Part shown: positions 1 to 10,033 of the stretch, one piece after another | Layout: every line of letters starts with the position of its first letter | How positions within the stretch are numbered: position 1 is the stretch's first letter | Assembly (NCBI GenBank): GCA_963827165.1 | Contig: CAWGZR010000005.1 | Location: 160,001 to 224,000, forward strand | Source of the DNA: Candidatus Bathyarchaeota archaeon | Lineage (GTDB): Archaea; Thermoproteota; Bathyarchaeia; Bathyarchaeales; Bathycorpusculaceae | DNA length: 64,000 nt | Reading direction: 5' to 3' | Made by a program: the position numbers and the translations under genes | The notes under the pieces: generated by a model | The model's input: only the letters and a program-made list of their open reading frames with translations | Told to the model about the DNA's origin: nothing | Database searches by the model: none

Positions 1-595
1 ATTCCTGTACGTCGTAAACTGCTTTTCGAGAAAACTTTACGATCCTAACCGCGTCTTCGTCGTAGCCTAACTGGTTCAAAACGTCTTTGGCTAAAACGAG
101 TCGTCGCGCATTGATTTTTGCGCCCTCTTTATTTCGACAGAACGCGTCTTCACATTGAACCGAAACGATGTTTTTTACGCCCAAGTTTAGTGCTTCAAAG
201 ACAAAGTCAGTCGGAACTCTGCCGGCGCACGGCAAACGAAGTGAAATGTAATTTCCGACTTTCAATCCTTGCGCCTTAAAGATGTCCTGAACTTCGCCTG
301 TTGACGGTGAGTTTCCTCTGCACATCAAGACAAGGGTGTCAACGTTTTTGGTTTTTTCAAGCGCCTGTTTAACATAGTTGGACAGGTTATCGTAGGTATA
401 ATATTGTGATTTGATAGCTGAACTTGGGCAAGCGCTGTAGCATATACCGCAAACTTCGCAGTCTTGGCTGCTGACTTCCACTTTCCCAGCTGAGTCGCGT
501 TTTATTGCATCATAAGGGCAAATTGACTGGCAAACGTAACATCTACAGCACAAGTCCTGATCGATTTCCACTACAGCGAGACATTTTTCACTCAT
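1..595 (-). CDS. Fe-S protein: 2x[4Fe-4S] ferredoxin domain fused to an MvhD/FlpD-like (hydrogenase delta) domain; runs off the window edge
   Basis: Manual translation from ATG 595: MSEKCLAVVEIDQDLCCRCYVCQSICP...DCEVCGICYSACP...LVLMCRG...LRLPCAGRV...QCEDAFC. Not in the ORF track because it is truncated. Confidence 0.8.
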   Translation of the reverse strand, partial: MSEKCLAVVEIDQDLCCRCYVCQSICPYDAIKRDSAGKVEVSSQDCEVCGICYSACPSSAIKSQYYTYDNLSNYVKQALEKTKNVDTLVLMCRGNSPSTGEVQDIFKAQGLKVGNYISLRLPCAGRVPTDFVFEALNLGVKNIVSVQCEDAFCRNKEGAKINARRLVLAKDVLNQLGYDEDAVRIVKFSRKAVYDVQE

Positions 596-873
596 TCTGA
601 AACCTCTTTACATACCGCTGCTACTTTAAACTGTAAGTTTAAAGCTGATTAAACGCATGGAAAGGGTTTTAGAATGATATAATCCTTTCCCTGAATTTTC
701 TGTAATATTCAATATATTATTTGGCGCGATTTCCGTCTTCCGAACCTTCTTTTTGAAAAGTTGCGACTCATTGATGCTTGGAAGCCATTATCAAAAAGCT
801 AAATTCAGTTGGCGTCGTCTGCAGCCATTTAGACAACGAGGTGCTCTCATTTGTGGAAAATGCTGGTCTCTTT

Positions 874-1806
874 CTATTTTCGGTAGTAAGGTTGTCTAAT
901 GAAGCTGAACGCTTCAAGGGCTGCGGTGATGCCTTGACCAACAGCTGTTCCGACTTGCTTGATCGGCTGGTCTGTGACGTCTCCAGCAGCGAACACGCCT
1001 GGAAGGTTCGTCTGTTGTTTCACGTCGACTTTGATGTACCCATGCGCATCTGTCTCGACCCCAGCTGCTTTAGCGAGTTGGCTGTTTGGTGCTTCGCCGA
1101 TCTGAACAAAAACTGCATCTACTGAAAGCTCGCTTGTTTTCCCGGTCATGTTATCGAGTAAAATTACGGTTCTGACTTGTTTATCGCCCTTGACTTCTTG
1201 AACCTCAGTGTTCCACAGAACAGTAACGTTGTTCTTGGTCGATATATCTGAGACCAGGCTTTCTTCTGCCCTAAAAGCTTGACGCCTATGAATTACCGTT
1301 ACTTGGGCGGCTAAGCCTGAAAGATAAAGCGTCGTTATGCAAGCGGTATTTCCGCCGCCTACTACCAGTACTCGTTTGCCTTTGAAGAAGGGTCCATCGC
1401 AAACGCCGCAGTAGCTGACGCCTTTGCCTCTGAATTCCTTCTCTCCTTTAACTCCGATTTCCCTGTAATGAGAACCCGTGGAATATATGATTGCTTTTGT
1501 TTTGTAGGTTGATGCGGCGGTTTTGATTGTTTTCTCTTCGCCCTTAAGGTCGAGTTCGGTTACGGGTTCTAGCTCGTGGATGGTGGCACCGACTTTTCTG
1601 CAGTGAGAAGTCATTTTCTCCGCAAGTTCCCCGCCGCTTATTTCGGCGAACCCAGGGTAATTAACAACGGTGGATGCGTCGGCGATTGTTCCGCCTGACA
1701 GTTTCTCATCTAAAATAAGGGTTTTAAGTCCGCTTCTAATAGCATAGATCCCAGCAGATAGCCCTGCTGAGCCGGCGCCGATTATTATGATATCCCAAGT
1801 GTCCAT
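874..1806 (-). CDS. trxB: thioredoxin-disulfide reductase
   Basis: GAGSAG, CGVCDG redox motif, GGGNTA, FAAGD. Confidence 0.95.
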   Translation of the reverse strand: MDTWDIIIIGAGSAGLSAGIYAIRSGLKTLILDEKLSGGTIADASTVVNYPGFAEISGGELAEKMTSHCRKVGATIHELEPVTELDLKGEEKTIKTAASTYKTKAIIYSTGSHYREIGVKGEKEFRGKGVSYCGVCDGPFFKGKRVLVVGGGNTACITTLYLSGLAAQVTVIHRRQAFRAEESLVSDISTKNNVTVLWNTEVQEVKGDKQVRTVILLDNMTGKTSELSVDAVFVQIGEAPNSQLAKAAGVETDAHGYIKVDVKQQTNLPGVFAAGDVTDQPIKQVGTAVGQGITAALEAFSFIRQPYYRK

Positions 1807-1931
1807 AACACTGCATCTCTTTAGGAGAATAAAGTTTAGGGCGGTTTATGAATTGTTCGATTGCTTTTTGCCCTTGCCAATAAGCTGATAAGGATGAGGT
1901 CAATTTATTTGTTTTAGATATGTTTTGAGGT

Positions 1932-3701
1932 GTGTTTTTGGGTCGGTTCCGGTGCACGGTTTGCAACTATATTTACGATGAAGTAAAAGAAGGAAAGAAA
2001 TTTAGTGATTTGCCTAAAGAGTGGGTTTGCCCAGTCTGCGGAGCGCCTAAATCATCTTTTGTCTTGTTGACAGAGCAAGTTGAAGAAAAAACGGAGAAAA
2101 AGGCCGAGCATACAGTATCACAGATTCTTATAAATCAGATTGCAGAATGGGGTGTCCAATATGTTTTCGGTATCCCAGGCACTTCAACTTTAGGCGTAGT
2201 CGATGCCATCCGCAGAACAAACGGAAAAGTGAAGTACATTCAGGTTCGGCATGAACAAACCGCAGCATTCATGGCTTCAGCCTATGGGAAACTGACTGGC
2301 CACATAGCCGCTTGCTTAGGCATTTCTGGTCCAGGCGCAACTAACCTCGCGACGGGCTTGTACGACGCAAAACTTGATCACTCGCCAGTGTTAGCCCTAA
2401 CCGGTTTAGTGGCTAGGCAAATGATCGGTCCAGGCTCAATACAGGAAATTGACCAGTACGCTTACTTTGAACCCATATGCGTCTTCAACAAAATCCTAAT
2501 GTCCGAAGACCAAACCACAATGTTAGCCACTCTGGCAATTAAGCATGCCCTCCTAAACCAGGGTGTCGCCCACATCGGGATCCCAAACGACGTGCAGAAA
2601 CTTCCCTACGAAGCCGACATTTTGCTGTTTGAAGGAAGAATGCCTAACCTTGCCTATGGACAAGAAGAATGGTTGATTGAGAAGGCAGCCAACCTTGTTA
2701 ACCAAGCGAGCCGTCCCGTGATTCTGGCGGGTTTTGGCGCGAGAGGTCAAGGCACCAAATTGCTAAAGTTGGCCTCGAAGATTTCCGCGCCTATCATGAC
2801 CACGTTTAGGGCTAAAGGCGTCGTAGACGAATACGACTTGATGCATGTCGGCTGCCACGGCGATATCGGTTCAACTGCGGCTGCGGAGCTTATGACCAAA
2901 GCTGATTTGCTAATAGCCGTCGGCTCATCGTTTTCAGATTTAACCCATGTGCCCAAGAAACGCACCTTGCAAATTGACATTAACCCGCTTATGATTGCGC
3001 GCAGATACCCAGTTGAGGCGGCTTTGCTTGGAAACAGCGCAGTGCTTATTCCGAAGTTAACTGGGAAAGTGCAGGAGAAAAAGAACCCAGCTTACCTCGA
3101 AGAGATTGCCCGCCTGAAGCAACAGTGGCTCAGTCAGATAGAGAGAGAAGCCGACTCCAGCATGAAGCCGATTAGACTCCCATACATAATCAAGGTCTTA
3201 AACGACAAACTCGCGGATGACGCGGTAATTTCTCTGGATGTTGGGGAGAACTGCTGGTGGTTTGGCCGCAATTTCAGGATGCGTCGCTCGCAGAAGATGG
3301 TGATGAGTGGGACTTTGGCGACTATGGGTTTCGGGTTGCCCGGAGCGTTAGCTGCTGCGTTGGCTTACCCGGGTAAGCAGATCGTTTGTTTGACGGGCGA
3401 CGGCGGCTTGACCATGGTTCTAGGAGATTTCATAACCGCGCTCAAGTATGCGTTGCCAATCAAAGTTTTCGTGATCAACAATAAGCGGCTGGGAATGATC
3501 ATGCAGGAGCAGAAAGTTGAGGGATACGAAAGCTGGCAAACCGACCTATTCGACATCAACTTTGCCGACTTCGCTGAGCATGCAGGAGGCGTCGGCATAA
3601 GGGTTTCTGAACCGGGCGAACTAGGAGCAGCCGTTGACAAAGCATTAGCAGCCACCAAACCAGCTATCGTTGACATAGAAACTGATCCGAGAAGATTCTA
3701 A
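1932..3701 (+). CDS. TPP-dependent pyruvate oxidase-like enzyme with N-terminal rubredoxin domain
   Basis: CTVC..Y...WVCPVC rubredoxin; [20 protein letters not shown]...NN TPP motif. Confidence 0.85.
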   Translation: MFLGRFRCTVCNYIYDEVKEGKKFSDLPKEWVCPVCGAPKSSFVLLTEQVEEKTEKKAEHTVSQILINQIAEWGVQYVFGIPGTSTLGVVDAIRRTNGKVKYIQVRHEQTAAFMASAYGKLTGHIAACLGISGPGATNLATGLYDAKLDHSPVLALTGLVARQMIGPGSIQEIDQYAYFEPICVFNKILMSEDQTTMLATLAIKHALLNQGVAHIGIPNDVQKLPYEADILLFEGRMPNLAYGQEEWLIEKAANLVNQASRPVILAGFGARGQGTKLLKLASKISAPIMTTFRAKGVVDEYDLMHVGCHGDIGSTAAAELMTKADLLIAVGSSFSDLTHVPKKRTLQIDINPLMIARRYPVEAALLGNSAVLIPKLTGKVQEKKNPAYLEEIARLKQQWLSQIEREADSSMKPIRLPYIIKVLNDKLADDAVISLDVGENCWWFGRNFRMRRSQKMVMSGTLATMGFGLPGALAAALAYPGKQIVCLTGDGGLTMVLGDFITALKYALPIKVFVINNKRLGMIMQEQKVEGYESWQTDLFDINFADFAEHAGGVGIRVSEPGELGAAVDKALAATKPAIVDIETDPRRF

Positions 3702-3724
3702 GAAGCATTCGAAAGGAACCTGCT

Positions 3725-4110
3725 GATGCTTTTCGGCTCATTTTTACCTTGGCTTTTTAATGTAAACACTTGCCCTGCTTTTTACAGGAAATATTAGGGC
3801 TTGTCTTGAGTTGATTTTCTTATTTGGGTCTTGATTTGGCGGCAGGTTGCGTCCCAAAATCTCTTAAAATCGCCCATAATCTCCCTTAAATCTCCATAAT
3901 CCTCTGCAAATTCTTGAAAGACATTGCCAGCCAACTCTGGAAAAGCAAGTGCAAGTTTAGTTGTGTCTTATGTTTTTTCGCAGAAATTGTTGTTTGTGTT
4001 TTGGGTTGCTTTCTTGTGGAGAAGCTTGAATCAGTTGCAGGTCAATACTTATTTTTACGCAATTTGACACGAATTGACACAAAATGACATGTTTTGACAC
4101 AATCTGACAA
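3725..4110 (-). repeat. dispersed intergenic element copy A (two cores, each preceded by a 10-bp-period array)
   Basis: AAGAAAGCAACCCAAAACACAAA on the minus strand at 3993-4015 is identical to 60396-60418; TGACA every 10 bp at 4061-4110; AATC array at ~3852-3905. Confidence 0.75.
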
Positions 4111-4247
4111 CCCACAAAAATAAAGGAGCGAATTCAGAGCCTTAACTCGAAAAACATAGTTTAACATATCAAGATAAGAAAGCAAACTGTTTCAATAATA
4201 GGTTAATTTAGGCGAAACAACAAAGAGTTAATGGAGGTAAAAATGAA

Positions 4248-4451
4248 ATGCCAATAGTTCAAGTTTCTGTTTGGGAGGGAATGACCCCCGAGAACAAGAA
4301 GAAGACAGTTGAGGGAATAACCAAAGTTTTCGAAGATTTAGGAATCCCCAAAGAAGCAGTGCACATCGTCATTTATGAAGCGCCAAAAGGCAATTGGGCA
4401 ACAGGCGGACAACTGCACTCAGAACGGCACACAAATACTCCTTCTCTGTGA
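4248..4451 (+). CDS. 4-oxalocrotonate tautomerase family protein
   Basis: N-terminal catalytic Pro (MPIVQV), WATGG; SD GGAGGT upstream. Confidence 0.9.
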   Translation: MPIVQVSVWEGMTPENKKKTVEGITKVFEDLGIPKEAVHIVIYEAPKGNWATGGQLHSERHTNTPSL

Positions 4452-4495
4452 TCGTAGAGACAGATAAAAGAGGCTTTAGAAAACCAGATTTTTGT

Positions 4496-4574
4496 TGGTA
4501 GCGGGGAGTAGATTTGAACTACTGATCTCTGGGTTATGAGCCCAGCGGGTTAATCCTGGCTACCCCACCCCGCT
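4496..4574 (-). tRNA. initiator tRNA-Met (CAT), CCA encoded
   Basis: Reverse complement AGCGGGG...CTGGGCTCATAACCCAG...GTTCAAATC...CCCCGCTACCA; A1:U72 pair and GGG/CCC anticodon stem. Confidence 0.95.
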
Positions 4575-4704
4575 ATGCGATGCGACAATTTTTGGTTTTA
4601 GTATTCTATTACGTGATTCATCAAATATTAATAGTTTCTTTTTCGTTGCTTGCAAAAGCATTTTAGTGTGGTCTTTTACTGTATGGTGCATTGGTGTTTG
4701 CAGA

Positions 4705-5376
4705 ATGGATAAGGCGCAGTTACGTAAGTTGTCTGAGCCAACGTTGGAGAACCCTATTTTCGTTCAAGGGTTGCCGGGCTTTGGAAACGTCGGCAGGATC
4801 GCGGCTCATTTGCTCATAAAGTTCTTCAGCGCCAAGCCTTTCGCCGAGCTCTATTCGCCTAGTTTTCCGGATTATGTCTCCGTAACTTCCAAGGGCATCG
4901 CTCACTTGCCGCGGTATGAGTTTTATTATGCGCCTATGGAGAAGAACAACTTAGTCATAATGACCGGGGAAATTCAGCCTTCCTTCGATGACGTCGTCGC
5001 TCATTATGAGGTATGTGAAGAAGTGATTGATTTCGTCGAATCTTTAGGCTGCCGCTTTATCGTAACAATGGGTGGCATACCGATAACAGAAGAGAAAGCG
5101 CAGGTTTACATCGCCGCAACCTCGCCGAGGCTCGCAAGGGAGTTCATGGAGAAAGGTGCGGTCATTTACAGTAAAGGCAGAATCGTAGGAGCCACAGGGC
5201 TTACATTGGCGATGGCTAAGGAGCGCAAACTTGACGGCGTCGGCCTGCTTGGGACAACCACGGGTTTTAGGGCCGATCGTGAGGCTGGGTTTCTTGTTTT
5301 CAAGTTCTTAATGAAATCTTTAGGAAAAGAGATAAAAGAAGGTTTGGTAGAAAACAATGCACCAGAAGAACAGTAG
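4705..5376 (+). CDS. PAC2 family proteasome assembly chaperone
   Basis: GLPGFGNVG, ELYSPSFP, GRIVGATG. Confidence 0.85.
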   Translation: MDKAQLRKLSEPTLENPIFVQGLPGFGNVGRIAAHLLIKFFSAKPFAELYSPSFPDYVSVTSKGIAHLPRYEFYYAPMEKNNLVIMTGEIQPSFDDVVAHYEVCEEVIDFVESLGCRFIVTMGGIPITEEKAQVYIAATSPRLAREFMEKGAVIYSKGRIVGATGLTLAMAKERKLDGVGLLGTTTGFRADREAGFLVFKFLMKSLGKEIKEGLVENNAPEEQ

Positions 5377-5388
5377 GTTGAGCGTCGC

Positions 5389-5619
5389 ATGATTGAAAAC
5401 GAAAACGTGAAAGTAACGGGCATATACAGTAAGTTCTGGAGAATAACGTTAGTTGTATTTTCAATGCTGCTTATCTTCGTTGGTCCCACATATTTCACTC
5501 TAGCTCTGACTAAACTGAAGATAGACTATTTCCCCGCAATAGGCGCTGGCTTGGTCCTCTTCATAGCAGGTATAGCCCTAATGGCGTTCCTCATCAGAAA
5601 GAAACTCATAACCGTCTAA
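5389..5619 (+). CDS. small two-TM membrane protein
   Basis: Two hydrophobic helices; directly follows the PAC2 gene. Confidence 0.7.
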   Translation: MIENENVKVTGIYSKFWRITLVVFSMLLIFVGPTYFTLALTKLKIDYFPAIGAGLVLFIAGIALMAFLIRKKLITV

Positions 5620-5778
5620 GTTTGCCTCAGATACCCTAGGGTGCATCATTCAATCAGCGATTTGGATTCTTCATCGGCAAGCCTCTAGAAACTGCACCTG
5701 TTTTATTTAACTATTCATCGACTTGGAGGGCAAAACTGATTTTGAATCCTTTTCCAAAATACATAAGCCATATTAAAT

Positions 5779-6387
5779 ATGCTCATCGAAATAGCCTGTA
5801 TGCAGGAAAACAGCCGAATCCTCCATTCTTTGCCCAAACCCAAAAATGAAGAAGCAAAAAGAACAACAATTATCCTTGAAAAAGACGAACGGGAATTCAT
5901 TGAATCATTAATCGCAGATGGTAAAGAGGCAGGAATCAAGCCGCTCATTTCCAAAATGCTTGACATCTACAAAGCCATGATGATTTACGACTGGCGCTTC
6001 CCAGGCGAATACTACTGTGGAATAAGTCGCATGGCACTTGTTAACGTTGAATTATTCAACCTCCTCACTCAGCAAATCCCTAAAGAGCAATGGCGTGAAA
6101 TTGGGAGAAAAATGGGTGATGCCCTAAGCGTTTCTATCGGGTCAACGCTTGGGGTGGAATCAAGTGAACAAACAAATTGGGAAAAAGTCTTTGAAAGGCT
6201 GAAAGCCCAGGGTTTTGGAGATTTTTATCTTAAGGATAAGTTCTTGCTGCTAAAGACGCCTTTTATAAACGAATGTGAAATTTGGAGAGGCATACTTGAA
6301 GGATTGCTTAGCGTCGAGTTGGAAACGCGAAATTCGATGCCGCCGCTGGTTTTCGAGTTAAAGAAGCGTAAGCAGCCGTCTGTTTAG
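5779..6387 (+). CDS. hypothetical protein, possible RHH + V4R/HNOB-like regulator
   Basis: RTTIILE strand followed by helices; 'REIGRKMG' and 'GFGDF' resemble V4R-type segments. Confidence 0.55.
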   Translation: MLIEIACMQENSRILHSLPKPKNEEAKRTTIILEKDEREFIESLIADGKEAGIKPLISKMLDIYKAMMIYDWRFPGEYYCGISRMALVNVELFNLLTQQIPKEQWREIGRKMGDALSVSIGSTLGVESSEQTNWEKVFERLKAQGFGDFYLKDKFLLLKTPFINECEIWRGILEGLLSVELETRNSMPPLVFELKKRKQPSV

Positions 6388-6637
6388 CGGTTTTTGCCTT
6401 TTTGACAAGTTAAATATTGGGGCACGATTTATTAGGAAGACAGACGTTCAGGTGTCTTTCAGTGGTATACGATGAGGGATTGCGTTCATACAAGGCGATT
6501 GCGTTCATTAAAGGCAATCAAAGATGCCTAGGTTCTAAATCAAATGGCTATTTGAAATTAGGCGCATTCCCCGCAAATACCGTTTTAGCAAAACAAAAAA
6601 CCCTTAGAAGTTTCTCTAAAAATTTAGGTGACAGATT

Positions 6638-7636
6638 ATGGATAAAATAAAATTTGCAATACCAAAGGGCTCCCTAGAAAAAGCTACCGCGGAATTCTTT
6701 TCCAAATCAGGCTTCAAAATCGGCGGAACAGAAAGGACATACCGCCCAAGCATAAACGACCCCCAAATAGAACTTAAAGTTCTTAGACCCCAAGAAATCC
6801 CCGTTTTTGTCAGCGAAGGCTTACAAGACCTCGGCATAACAGGTGAAGATTGGGTAAAAGAAAACCGTGCAGACGTTGAAGTCCTACAGAACTTAGAGTA
6901 CGGAAAAATCAGGCTTGTAATAGCTGTCCCAAAAACATGCAAAAACGAAACGATGGGCGAATTCATGGAATCCATCTGGAGCCAAGGCAAAAACTTCCGA
7001 ATCAGCACAGAATACCTTAACATCGCTTCGGAGTATCTAAAGAGTACAGCCCAATATAAGAAGCGTTTCGGCGACGCAGACCCCATGCTTGTCACGCCTT
7101 GGTGGAAAAAAGGCGACAATTCAAGAGCCAAAATATTCTTGTCCTTCGGTGCTACCGAGGCGAAACCGCCGGAAAACTCCGACGCCATTATGGATGTAAC
7201 GGAAACAGGAACAACCATTGAAGCAAACAACCTAAAAATCATAGATACCGTCCTGAAGTCTTCGGCAATTCTTATCGCGAACAAGAAAGCGATGGAAGAC
7301 CCTGAGAAACGCGAAAAAATCCACGACATATTAGCGTTGCTCAAAGGAGTCGTAGATGGATCGAAGAGAATCCACATATTCGTTAACGTCAAAAAGTCAA
7401 ACCTACAAAAGTTGCTAACCGAGTTGCCGGCGCTTAAGAACCCAACCATCTCTCCGTTGGCGGACGAGGCTTGGGTCAGCGTCAACACGGTTATCGAGAA
7501 AGACTGCTTAATAGAGCTCTTGCCAAAAATCCGTAAACTAGCCCAAGGCTTAGTAGTTTATGAGCCCAGGCAAGTGCTGGCGTTAGATGAGATAGTTAAA
7601 CGAGAGGAGAACCTGTGCAAGAACAAAACCCAGTGA
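6638..7636 (+). CDS. hisG: ATP phosphoribosyltransferase (long form)
   Basis: FAIPKGSL, RPQEIP, DLGITG, DVTETGTT, C-terminal PTISPL domain. Confidence 0.95.
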   Translation: MDKIKFAIPKGSLEKATAEFFSKSGFKIGGTERTYRPSINDPQIELKVLRPQEIPVFVSEGLQDLGITGEDWVKENRADVEVLQNLEYGKIRLVIAVPKTCKNETMGEFMESIWSQGKNFRISTEYLNIASEYLKSTAQYKKRFGDADPMLVTPWWKKGDNSRAKIFLSFGATEAKPPENSDAIMDVTETGTTIEANNLKIIDTVLKSSAILIANKKAMEDPEKREKIHDILALLKGVVDGSKRIHIFVNVKKSNLQKLLTELPALKNPTISPLADEAWVSVNTVIEKDCLIELLPKIRKLAQGLVVYEPRQVLALDEIVKREENLCKNKTQ

Positions 7637-8916
7637 GAATCTGGAAATCAGAATCGTTACCAATCGATTGGTCTAAACGACAAACTGCAGATGCAAAAGC
7701 CTCACGCGAGTTCCAAGACAAAGTGCAAAATGTTATAACACGAGTAAGAGAAAACGGCGATGAAGGCTTGCTTGCGTGCATAAGCGACTTTGATAAGTGT
7801 TCATTAACAAAAAAGACCCTCGTAGTCAGAAAAGAAGAAATTAAGGAGGCTTATACGAAAACCAGCAAAGAACAATTATGCGCTCTACAATTCATGAAAG
7901 AAAGAGTCAATGCCTTCCAAAAGCAACTGCTCACCAAAACCGAGATCAACACTTCAAGCGATGGAATATGTGTTCAGACAGTTATGCGCCCAATCGAAAG
8001 CGTAGGCTGCTATATTCCAGGAGGACAAGCCGCTTACCCAAGCACCCTTGTGATGACAGCGGTTCCAGCCAAAGTAGCAGGGGTTCCAAGGATAGTCGTT
8101 TGCTCACCATCAGACACAAGAGGCAAAGTAAACCCGCTCGTTCTGGTAGCCGCAGATATCTGCGGAGTTGATGAGATTTACAAGGTTGGAGGAGCTCAAG
8201 CTATAGCAGCTTTAGCTTACGGGACAAAAACCATAAAATCTGTACGAAAAATTGTCGGTCCAGGCAGCAGATACGTAACAGTGGCGAAGGTGCTGGTTTC
8301 AACAGATGTTGCGATTGACATGCCTGCCGGTCCAAGTGAAGTGCTGGTTTTGGCTGATGAGTCGGCTGACGCGCGTTTCGTCGCTTTTGATATGGTTTCT
8401 CAAGCTGAGCATGGCGGAGACAGCGTCGCTGGACTAATAACGACTTCAGAGAAGGTAGCTTCACAAGTTCAACAGAATCTGGTAACGGTTGCCGCTTCAG
8501 CTGAAAGGAGCGACAAAATCCAAGAGGCACTAGCCAAATACGGCTTCATAATAGTCTGCAAAACCATGAACGAGGCAATCGGCTTAGTTAATCAGTTTGC
8601 TCCCGAACACTTAGAAGTGATGGTTGCCAAGCCCAAAGAAATCGCTGAGAAACTCACCGCAGGCCTAATACTTTTAGGACCGTACAGCCCAGTTGCCCTA
8701 AGCGATTACGCCAGCGGAACCAACCATGTTCTGCCAACAGGAGGCTTCGCTCAGTCGTTTTCAGGCTTATCTGTTATGGACTTTATGCGGCGAGTAAGTA
8801 TAGTTGAGAGCTCGAGGACAGGCTTGGAGCGGGTAAAAGACAGCGTAAAGGTTATGGCGGAAGCGGAAAATCTTCCTAATCACTTCAAAGCGATAGAGGC
8901 AAGGTTTCAAAAATGA
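7633..8916 (+). CDS. hisD: histidinol dehydrogenase
   Basis: YIPGG, GGAQAIAALAYGT, DMPAGPSE, QAEH, APEHL, GTNHVLPT; GTGA overlap with hisG. Confidence 0.95.
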   Translation: MRIWKSESLPIDWSKRQTADAKASREFQDKVQNVITRVRENGDEGLLACISDFDKCSLTKKTLVVRKEEIKEAYTKTSKEQLCALQFMKERVNAFQKQLLTKTEINTSSDGICVQTVMRPIESVGCYIPGGQAAYPSTLVMTAVPAKVAGVPRIVVCSPSDTRGKVNPLVLVAADICGVDEIYKVGGAQAIAALAYGTKTIKSVRKIVGPGSRYVTVAKVLVSTDVAIDMPAGPSEVLVLADESADARFVAFDMVSQAEHGGDSVAGLITTSEKVASQVQQNLVTVAASAERSDKIQEALAKYGFIIVCKTMNEAIGLVNQFAPEHLEVMVAKPKEIAEKLTAGLILLGPYSPVALSDYASGTNHVLPTGGFAQSFSGLSVMDFMRRVSIVESSRTGLERVKDSVKVMAEAENLPNHFKAIEARFQK

Positions 8917-10031
8917 GTGCATCGTATCGGAAATGGCTAAAAGATAAAATTGAGAGGCTTCAAGAAATGAATTGTTATTCTGCGGGAGCCACGCCTGAAA
9001 CGGTAGCGAAGCAAATAGGGGTCTCCCCAGCGGAAATTGTGAAGCTGAATTTTAACGAGAGCCTGTTCGTTGACAGAGCAAGGCAGACGGAATTAGTCAA
9101 GGAGTTAGCGGACGAATTGGACTTGCGCCTTTACCCCGAGGATGAAGTACCCAAGTTTCTTGAAAAGCTTACACGTTACATTGGAGTCCCAGAGAACTTT
9201 CTTGTTGTTGGCAACGGAGGGGACGAATTAATAGATCGCTTGGTAAGGTTGTTTGTGGAGAAGGAAGAAGTTACACTTTCTTTTGCACCAACGTTCAGCA
9301 TCCCAAGGCTATGTGTTAAGCGTCAGGGTGGTGACTACGTGGCGGTGCCGCTTTTGAGCAACCTGCAACTTGATGTTAAAGGGCTCCTAGCCCAGTTCAG
9401 CGATAAAACTAGGTTACTGTACCTTTGCTCACCTAACAACCCGACTTCAACTCAATTCAAAATTGAAGAAATTGAGACTTTAGCCAAAGCCTTTCAAGGC
9501 ATAGTCATCTTAGACGAAGCTTATGTTGAGTTTGCTGATTACTCGTTTGTGCCACGGATACGGGAATTCCAGAACATGATAATTCTGCGAACATTCTCCA
9601 AAGCCTTCGGATTAGCAGCGCTCCGGCTTGGTTACGCCGTTGCAAATCCCGAGTTGGCGAAGATCTTGAAAGAAAAAGCGCCGTTGCCCTATCCAGTTAG
9701 CGGTTTTACGCTGCGGATGGGCGGCAAAATGCTGGACAATATTGATTTGATGAAGAAATCCGTAAGTGAACTCAAGGAGGAACGGGGAAGGCTGATAAAG
9801 TCACTGAACGAAATAAAAGGAGTGCAAACCTTCGATTCACAAGCCGACTTTCTCTTAGTCAATACGCAAAAACCCGCTGACGAAGTAAACGAGAAACTTC
9901 TCAAACAAGGAATAATGCTAAAGAAGTGGGGCAAAATCCTGCAATACGAAAACTGCTTCCGCGTAACCGTTGGCTTGCCCGAAATGAACGCTAAATTAAT
10001 TCGCGCCTTAAAAAAAATTCAAAGTGATTAA
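8913..10031 (+). CDS. hisC: histidinol-phosphate aminotransferase
   Basis: SPNNPT, DEAY, RTFSKAFGLA.LRLGY. Confidence 0.95.
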   Translation: MSASYRKWLKDKIERLQEMNCYSAGATPETVAKQIGVSPAEIVKLNFNESLFVDRARQTELVKELADELDLRLYPEDEVPKFLEKLTRYIGVPENFLVVGNGGDELIDRLVRLFVEKEEVTLSFAPTFSIPRLCVKRQGGDYVAVPLLSNLQLDVKGLLAQFSDKTRLLYLCSPNNPTSTQFKIEEIETLAKAFQGIVILDEAYVEFADYSFVPRIREFQNMIILRTFSKAFGLAALRLGYAVANPELAKILKEKAPLPYPVSGFTLRMGGKMLDNIDLMKKSVSELKEERGRLIKSLNEIKGVQTFDSQADFLLVNTQKPADEVNEKLLKQGIMLKKWGKILQYENCFRVTVGLPEMNAKLIRALKKIQSD

Positions 10032-10033
10032 AG

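Noticed and set aside
4051-4110. 10-bp arrays as CRISPR arrays
   Set aside because: Units are too short, there are no 25-45-bp repeats with unique spacers, and no cas genes.
6616-7488. 290-aa antisense ORF and the many other shadow ORFs in the track
   Set aside because: They lie opposite or within well-supported genes and have no motifs.
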